Part shown: one piece after another, positions 55,301 through 61,360 of the stretch
How the letters are laid out: every line of letters starts with the position of its first letter
Position numbering within the stretch: position 1 is the stretch's first letter
Assembly (NCBI GenBank): GCA_051251855.1
Contig: JBPOGI010000001.1
Span: forward strand, 608,001 to 672,000
Direction: 5' to 3'
DNA from: Roseibacillus sp.
GTDB lineage: Bacteria; Verrucomicrobiota; Verrucomicrobiia; Verrucomicrobiales; Akkermansiaceae
DNA: 64,000 nucleotides
Program-made: the position numbers and the translations under genes
The notes under the pieces: model-generated
Databases searched by the model: none
What the model was told of the DNA's origin: nothing
Seen by the model: the letters and a program-made list of their open reading frames with translations, nothing else

Positions 55301-58300
55301 GCGGGCGAGTGGTAATCTAGGGAGTGACTCACTGGTCTTTCGTAACAGGGGACTGGTGACTTCACTGACCGGTGCTGTGCCTCTGACGGTAGACCCTGCA
55401 CAAGGGAGTGATTCGCCAGCGCCCGGGGTGGTGAGCGAAGGAGGGACTTGGAGTGTGGGGCTAGGGCCTTCGACGCTAAGTTTGAGGGACGGTTTTTTCG
55501 ATTTTGATGAAAATTCGACTCTCGGATTCGAGGTGGATGGCGCGCAGGGAGCTCAACTGTTAGAGATTGCGGACGCGCGCTTCCGATGGACGGCGGAGCC
55601 GTTTTCCGACGGAACTGCTGATGAGGTGCTGGGGGATGACGATGCTTTGGTGGCGGATCTGCCGGGGCGCACGATTCGGATTACGGGGGATTCGACTTTG
55701 GAACAGACGAACCTTCGTGCTCGCAACGGGGGTGAAGTTCTGATCGAGGATGCGGACCTCAAATTGCGAGAGGTGGCGATTCAGCTTCCAGCCTCTGAGC
55801 AGAGTTTGCGGGTGCCGACGGTCAAGATGAACGATAGTCGGCTTGAGGGTGGGTTCTTGACCTTTGTTGACTCTGTGGACTTGTTAGGTTGCGTGCCGAT
55901 TCAATATTTAGCGGGAGCTGATGAGGGTGAACAGGAGGATTTTGCAGAATCACTGGATGATTTGTTTGATTCTATTACGAAAGGTCGCGGGGTTTTCTTG
56001 CTAGGGGGGACCTCAAATACGGTAGGAAATCTCGTCATTGATGGAACTTATTGCTGGGACCAGTATATGCATCAGGCGCGATTGGTCACTATTAATTTTG
56101 GGACTGGGAACTTCTATGAACCCGGGAAGATGGCCTCATTGCGCTCTGATAATGGGGTCGATTTGGAAATTTTTGGGACGATTGAGAACAATGGATTGGT
56201 GAGTCTGACTAACTTTGACGGAGTGAGTGAGAGCGAGCTATCGGTCCTTGGCGATGTGGAATTGGCTGGCAACGGAGGTTGGCGCTTGTCTCGGAAGACG
56301 GTGCGCGGAGCGCAGAGTGGGGTGAGGTCGTTTCTGCAAGTCGGCGCAGGACAGGTGATACATGAGCCGGTCTTCGAGAGCGCGGACTTGGAAGTGGAAA
56401 ATCTCGGGGCAATCTATCAGGTCGGGATGCTCTATGATGATTCTACTCTCGCGGATCCAGCGGTGCCTGATTACGAGGAGCGGGTGGCGGAGGTGGTGGC
56501 GCAGAGATTGATGCACAATGAGGGGGTGATTCAGCCGCAGGGTGCTTTCGGTGGTGGAACGATTGATAATACGGAGGGAGTGGTGGTGCTGGGCCGTGGG
56601 GTGGACTCATTCGCCCTTCTGGGTGTGAAGGACGCTGCGCTCTTTGAAAATGTGAGAATCGAGGGCGGGGAGATTTTGGTGAACGAGTTTCTCAAGTTGG
56701 CGGATCGGGTGACGATTGAGGAAGAATATGGCTTTGATAGCACGCTTAGCGAGGCCGAGGGAGAGAACCTCCAGTTCGCAAATTTAAGCATAGCGAGTCC
56801 CTTTTTCGAGCCTCTTCCCTACGCTACCTATGGGTATGAACTCTCGGAGGTAGCGTCTTCGGCCTTCCAGTTGGGCTTCCTACAAATTGGTGGAGATATC
56901 TTGTTGGAAGGGGTTCATCTCAAGACTCATTGTGCCTTGCCGCAGACTGAGGTGCGGGGAGAGTTGAAGGTGGACGCGGGTGTTGTGGTGGAAATTACGA
57001 AGCTCAACTTAAAAGATGGCGATGCGTATTTTTCATGGGATGAATCAGGAAGTGTGCCGCCAAGCTTGGTGCTCGGTCGGCTCTCGAATCCGTCGGTGGC
57101 AGTGGCCTTGACGGGGGAGGTAGGGAATACGCTGGTGGTTCCTGAGTCGGTGGTCTGCCGCTCGAATAGTTCGCTGGGAGATGATTTAGTGAGGGTGGAA
57201 AACTATGGTGAGATTCGCGCAATTGGTCTGGAAGCGGGGAGGTTGATAGTGGATCCCCCAGGGAAAGGCTTCACGCCGGCGGGGGAGGATGAGGAAATCG
57301 GCTTCGTGAACAATGGCCTGCTGAGTGGACTTCCTGGCTTTGCAGAATTTAACGATGGTGTAGTCAATGGAGATTCAACCTTACCAAGCACCTTGGAGCT
57401 GCGGGGTGGATACTACGAGAATAGTGGAGTCGGAGGAGAGCTGGGAGTGATTGAGTTCGTTCACCCAGTTGAGTTTTGGAGTGGGTTGCCTACTGGAGGA
57501 GAGAACCGAATCGCTGATGCCATCATTGATGGCGGGGTGATTCGAGGAACAGCCCCAGGAACTGTGGTGACGTTGTCTGGGGAGGTAGAGTTTCGGAATG
57601 TGGAGTTTGTGAATATCATTCTCGAGGGCTCCTACACGATTCGTGACGGCAACTTCTGCAACGACGATGAAATCTCGGATGGGGCGATCGGTGGGACAAT
57701 GGTTCTCACTGGCGATACCAGCTTCAAGCGGGCCCCGGGATTCGTGCCTTCTGATCCCGATTTCTATGACTTCATCCTAGATGATACTAACAGTTTTCTC
57801 GCCTTTGGGTCTCCTAATGACGTCTTGCGCGTGACGCCGCAAACCCGGATGTATCTCGGAGAATCTGGCTTCTCTCCTGGGGCTATTGCCGGGTTATTCA
57901 ATGAGGGGGAGATTTTCTTTGTGGGGGAGAGCACTTTCTCTTCTTATCGCAGCGACTCTGGCATTGTGCTGGATGAGGACTTGATCGTTTATAACCCCTT
58001 CACGCAAACGATGACCACTGCTGGGGCTTTAGGGTTGTTAGAGTCCGGCCAGACAGTGGCGCTTGAGTCGGCGGCGTCTTTGCAAAACCTTGGGACGATC
58101 CGAGTTGAGGAAGATAGCTTTTTCCAAGAGACCCTTTTTAATAATTCGAATGGAGTCTTCAAATCGGGTGGGGCCTTTGTCGTTGAGCGCGCTGTTTTTG
58201 ATAATTTAGAGGGGTCGGTCGAGTCACTCGACCCTGGTTACTTCTTTGAAGCGACGGTGCGTGGGGGGACCTATGATGGCGATCTGGAAGTATGGGCAAG

Positions 58301-61235
58301 ACCTCGGGAAGCCCTTCTCAGTGAAGGGCGCGACAAAACGAGTATCGTTGGCGATTTGCAGATGGCGGGTAATGTTTACCTTGCGGAGGGGTCGTTGCTC
58401 ATGCTGGGTGACTGTTCCTTGGATGGTCCTCTCGAAGTGGATTTGGATGGCACCTTGATTGCGGCGGGAGTCTTGTCGGCTGGCCCAAGCTTCCAGATGG
58501 AGAGCTTCGGACGGGTGGACTTTGTCGAAGGAACTCTGCCTGGGTTCATTGCTTTTGAGGACTCGGTGATTTCGGGGTCGGGCCGGATTGAGGGACTTTT
58601 GGAGCTGGCTGTTCCTGGTGTGATTTTCGAAGTGCGCCTAGATGGTCAAAGCTTTGAGCCCCTCTCTGTTGCGTCGCTTTTGGGGTCGGGATTGGTTTTA
58701 GATTTAGAGTTTTTAGACGGTTACGTCCCCTGTGGTTTGGATGAGTTTGTGCTCTTAGATTCAGACCTCCCTCTCCCTACGGATCTCTTCGCGGTGAGTA
58801 GCGGTGGACGATTGACCTTGGCTGATGGAGGGTCTTTTCAGTTGAATTATGGACCTGGCAGTTCGCAGCCGAATTCCTTTTCGCTCTCGGACTTCGAGCC
58901 GGGCTACGAGATATATCATGTTGATCAACTCGCGAGTAGTGGGGGTGATGGACTGAGCTGGGGAACGGCCTTTGTCGCTCTTCAGTCGGCCTTGGCGGTC
59001 GCGGTCGATGGCGACGAGGTCTTGGTGGCGGCAGGAGTTTACACTCCGGGTGGGAGTCGGGCAGATTCGTTTATCCTACCCTCGGGGGTTGGGGTCTATG
59101 CCGGCTACGAGACTGTGGACGGAGTTTGCAAGCCGGGGCGCAACTTGGATCCTGAGACGAATGGCTGTGTGCTGTCGGGTGATATTGGGGTGCTCGGGGT
59201 GGCTGCTGACAATTGCTACCATGTGATCCAGAGTGACAACGGATCTGAGGAGACGGTGTTAGATGGTTTTCGGGTTACGGGAGGATACGCAGATGGGGGA
59301 TTATACAGTGGGATGGGAGGAGGTCTTCTTTTGCGCAATGGTGCTGACATTGAGTTGGTGAATTTACAAGTGTGCGAGAATGAGGCGCGGGGCGCAGGTG
59401 TGCCGCTGGTCGCTTCGGATGGGAATGCCTTTGGAGGTGGGATGGCTGCTTTGGACTCCTCGCCTTTGGTGTCCTTCAGTGTCTTTACTGAAAATCGAGT
59501 GAAGGGTTCGAACGGAGTTGGGGTTTTGCCGGGTGGGGATGCGACAGGGGCCGGGGTCTATTTGCTCAACAGTGCAGCTCAGTTTTCGAACTGTATTTTC
59601 TTACGCAATGTATGCGTGGGGGGAGATGGTGTGGCGGGAGCCAATGGTATGGATGGCGGGACCCCGAGTGGTTCCGGTCAAGCGGGGGGAATGGGTGTGA
59701 CTGGTGAACCAGGAACTGCGGGTGGCGGTGGTCTGGGTGGTGGGCTCTATGCTTCGGGATGGAGCGGCTTGCTGAGTGATTGCATGGTGCAGGAGAATGA
59801 GGTGGGCGGTGGAGCGGGTGGTCTCGGCGGCGAAGGTGGTCGCGCTGGTGCCGGGCAGGACGGGACCGGCACCTCGGGACTTGATGGAGACTCAGGGGGA
59901 GACGGTGGAGTGGGTGGTTCCGGAGGCACGGGCGGCGATGCGGGAAGAGTGTGTGGTGGTGGCGCGGGGTTGGCCGATAGTGATGGTGAATTGATTCGCT
60001 GCCAGTTCTTGGGCAATGTGGCGATCGCAAATCGAAATGGAAAAGGAGGGGCCGGTGGTGCAGGTGGCGCAGGAGGAGATGGCGAAGACGGTGTGGGCCT
60101 CTTTAGCAGCGCTGGTGATGGTGGCGATGGCGGTGACGGTGGCGATGGCGGTGACGGTGGTGATGCAGGACTGATGGGAGAGGCTGTAGGTGGAGGCCTC
60201 TGGACGGGGTCCAGTATACCTGATGTGATCGGGTCGCTTTTTGTCGGAAATCTGGTGACCGAAGTGCCCGGAATTCTTACTGCCAATCTTGGTGGAAATC
60301 GAGGAAGTGGAGGGAACAGAGGAATCCGAGGATTGGGCGGTGACGCGAGCATTGGTTCGGATGGTGCAAACGGTTCATCTGGCTCGCCTGGGAGCAACGG
60401 CGTTGATGGGCAAGCTTCTGCAGCCGATGAGCAGTTGGGCGGAGCGGTCGCGGTTGAGGGAAGCCAACAACCGAGCTTTGTGAATTTGACGCTGGTGGAG
60501 AATGTCGCCTTGGACGGTTCCGGGGCGGTGTGGTTCGCGGATGGCGAGCCTCAAGTTGGAAATTGCCTGAGCTTTGGAAATGGAATGAATGCTTGGTCCG
60601 GATTATCTGCAGTGGCCGAGACGGGTCCTAACTTGTTAGAGGAAGACGATGCGCTCTGTCTGATCCAACCCAATGCCGGCGATGGTGACTGGGGAACCCC
60701 CCTTGATAATGATTACGGAGACCTACGGCTCAGGCTAGGATCGGCGGCTTTGGAAGGGGGAAGCAACGCTCTCAATACGGAGCTCATTGCGCTTGAGGGG
60801 GAGGACCGAGTGTCTGGTGCGAAGATTGACCTCGGAGCTTACGAGGGTGGATGGTCGCGCTTTGAACTCTCCTATCCAAGTTTGGACCCTCATGCAGATG
60901 ATAACGGAAACGGCCTCAGCAACTTTTCGGACTATGCAGCGGGTTACGATCCTGAGCTTTTGAATAGCCTCGTCCAACTCGTAGCGTTGGAGCCATCGGG
61001 CCAGTCGTTCATGGTTGGCTATCCGGTGCGCAGCCGAGCGGTTGATGTGCGGGTCTTGCTAGAGAAGTCGAGCGACCTTCTCAGCTTCGTGGATGCGGTC
61101 GATGGAGTCGATTTTGAAGTTCGAACGACTCTCTCAGCCACCAGTGAGCGTGACGAGATCGTGGTGGAGTTGTTACCGGCTTCTCTCTCCGAGGGGCGGT
61201 TGTTCCTTCGTCAGCGCTTTGAGCAAGTTCCGTAA
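52320..61235 (+). CDS. 2971-aa secreted glycine-rich surface protein with beta-helix regions, choice-of-anchor-Q-like segment and C-terminal motif
   Basis: Signal peptide; GGxGGxGG tracts at ~52660-54090 and ~59615-60420; DGLSWGTAF...VAAGVYTP; DLRLRLGSAALEGG...IDLGAYE; DDNGNGLSN...SSDL...FLR. Confidence 0.85.
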   Translation: MIKTTAPMAFAMGVFSLLNSYAETIRIDTGSDLVSQSPGSQISLDGVPGYDFGGQLVSVDRLSDQTLRLVISGDLVLAAGARLEGVGPFPVILEVGNDVLIEDGAVIDFSAIDRVPGAGGATGRWGGDGGIYGRGGRGGEGGRGGFRGLGGLVGDVPGVPPIVPLNLTTPGTPAFSGKSGGAGKRGELGGDGRTGRQGRAGAGWTGSGGSWGLPQFSLDQSFHDSPEASGKGRATSYNPLFARPPIYIENDWERGLIYGDGDGRGLGIPGTNLYLGDEGVDASNEEIFRSHYYDGGHGSDGLSFSTPGPTDVQIPASKHQGDGGQHGAPDWVLGGGASGGSGGGAPGGRGGTGGAGGGGGAGGQGQFPDPLPIQLSDFAAGVGANYLGEFFEAKANALAKETGKSASNLYKIFSYGVGAGGGSGGRGGDGSAGEIGGLGGGGGTGGAGAGALRILAQGEIRLEGKGRFLGGEGGAGQAGLAPFGLGSGQSPEGGSAAKIRIPPVSVDEMLETLFTLGEGGVLDPKSGFGGRGGDGAEGQAGYWGGTGAAGGGGSGGTLILEGSRVRVSQAVKLAGGSVGEGDREGGAGRLYVATNELVAGTNLSAAGVSVAGTYRESQTRVGTRATNPFIRGGLQTPTLVEIFDGAEGFGYLSDRQVSNDPAEADQLLVNGMSLAAHANALALPDAAVVAAVRLDDGPDGFGLDALYPGYDMVLVFNPRLSELCEVRFGVAEQALPITTGNAAAYHAAILREGGAENDRHFGGGGDLLTGLFAVGNQDVYAFLVPEDTGASGYNFAISATAKGALGAEAVFVGSDEHFVNGEFLVVSASADIPVYEADWLAGGSSLKWALETNWIVLDPQGSPVPVPPNNTLLEAYNVRIEAGGEEVEIGGATTAEDYSVTIDRMIVGPGDSVKVFDGNDFCIEKFFVRKEAGVIENEGILRVEGDARPTQLGFLGSALVLTGSGELVTSVSGQNSIYGKSGNDGLIQEATHTVRASGNLGSDSLVFRNRGLVTSLTGAVPLTVDPAQGSDSPAPGVVSEGGTWSVGLGPSTLSLRDGFFDFDENSTLGFEVDGAQGAQLLEIADARFRWTAEPFSDGTADEVLGDDDALVADLPGRTIRITGDSTLEQTNLRARNGGEVLIEDADLKLREVAIQLPASEQSLRVPTVKMNDSRLEGGFLTFVDSVDLLGCVPIQYLAGADEGEQEDFAESLDDLFDSITKGRGVFLLGGTSNTVGNLVIDGTYCWDQYMHQARLVTINFGTGNFYEPGKMASLRSDNGVDLEIFGTIENNGLVSLTNFDGVSESELSVLGDVELAGNGGWRLSRKTVRGAQSGVRSFLQVGAGQVIHEPVFESADLEVENLGAIYQVGMLYDDSTLADPAVPDYEERVAEVVAQRLMHNEGVIQPQGAFGGGTIDNTEGVVVLGRGVDSFALLGVKDAALFENVRIEGGEILVNEFLKLADRVTIEEEYGFDSTLSEAEGENLQFANLSIASPFFEPLPYATYGYELSEVASSAFQLGFLQIGGDILLEGVHLKTHCALPQTEVRGELKVDAGVVVEITKLNLKDGDAYFSWDESGSVPPSLVLGRLSNPSVAVALTGEVGNTLVVPESVVCRSNSSLGDDLVRVENYGEIRAIGLEAGRLIVDPPGKGFTPAGEDEEIGFVNNGLLSGLPGFAEFNDGVVNGDSTLPSTLELRGGYYENSGVGGELGVIEFVHPVEFWSGLPTGGENRIADAIIDGGVIRGTAPGTVVTLSGEVEFRNVEFVNIILEGSYTIRDGNFCNDDEISDGAIGGTMVLTGDTSFKRAPGFVPSDPDFYDFILDDTNSFLAFGSPNDVLRVTPQTRMYLGESGFSPGAIAGLFNEGEIFFVGESTFSSYRSDSGIVLDEDLIVYNPFTQTMTTAGALGLLESGQTVALESAASLQNLGTIRVEEDSFFQETLFNNSNGVFKSGGAFVVERAVFDNLEGSVESLDPGYFFEATVRGGTYDGDLEVWARPREALLSEGRDKTSIVGDLQMAGNVYLAEGSLLMLGDCSLDGPLEVDLDGTLIAAGVLSAGPSFQMESFGRVDFVEGTLPGFIAFEDSVISGSGRIEGLLELAVPGVIFEVRLDGQSFEPLSVASLLGSGLVLDLEFLDGYVPCGLDEFVLLDSDLPLPTDLFAVSSGGRLTLADGGSFQLNYGPGSSQPNSFSLSDFEPGYEIYHVDQLASSGGDGLSWGTAFVALQSALAVAVDGDEVLVAAGVYTPGGSRADSFILPSGVGVYAGYETVDGVCKPGRNLDPETNGCVLSGDIGVLGVAADNCYHVIQSDNGSEETVLDGFRVTGGYADGGLYSGMGGGLLLRNGADIELVNLQVCENEARGAGVPLVASDGNAFGGGMAALDSSPLVSFSVFTENRVKGSNGVGVLPGGDATGAGVYLLNSAAQFSNCIFLRNVCVGGDGVAGANGMDGGTPSGSGQAGGMGVTGEPGTAGGGGLGGGLYASGWSGLLSDCMVQENEVGGGAGGLGGEGGRAGAGQDGTGTSGLDGDSGGDGGVGGSGGTGGDAGRVCGGGAGLADSDGELIRCQFLGNVAIANRNGKGGAGGAGGAGGDGEDGVGLFSSAGDGGDGGDGGDGGDGGDAGLMGEAVGGGLWTGSSIPDVIGSLFVGNLVTEVPGILTANLGGNRGSGGNRGIRGLGGDASIGSDGANGSSGSPGSNGVDGQASAADEQLGGAVAVEGSQQPSFVNLTLVENVALDGSGAVWFADGEPQVGNCLSFGNGMNAWSGLSAVAETGPNLLEEDDALCLIQPNAGDGDWGTPLDNDYGDLRLRLGSAALEGGSNALNTELIALEGEDRVSGAKIDLGAYEGGWSRFELSYPSLDPHADDNGNGLSNFSDYAAGYDPELLNSLVQLVALEPSGQSFMVGYPVRSRAVDVRVLLEKSSDLLSFVDAVDGVDFEVRTTLSATSERDEIVVELLPASLSEGRLFLRQRFEQVP

Positions 61236-61328
61236 GAACGTAGGGGAAGTAGGAGGGAAGGCTGTTCCTTTTTCGACGCGGAGCCGCAGAGGGCATGGAG
61301 TGAAACGCAGAGATGACGGTTCGGTGGG

Positions 61329-61350
61329 GCCGATTGCAAACCGGCGGTCC
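61329..61350 (-). repeat. REP-like palindrome between convergent genes
   Basis: Minus strand reads GGAC-CGCCGGTT-TGC-AATCGGC. Confidence 0.45.
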
Positions 61351-61360
61351 TAGTGAGGAG

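Noticed and set aside
52660..60420. PE_PGRS or collagen assignment for the Gly-rich protein
   Set aside because: No PE domain, and the pattern is GGx rather than sustained Gly-X-Y with Pro; the similarity is compositional only
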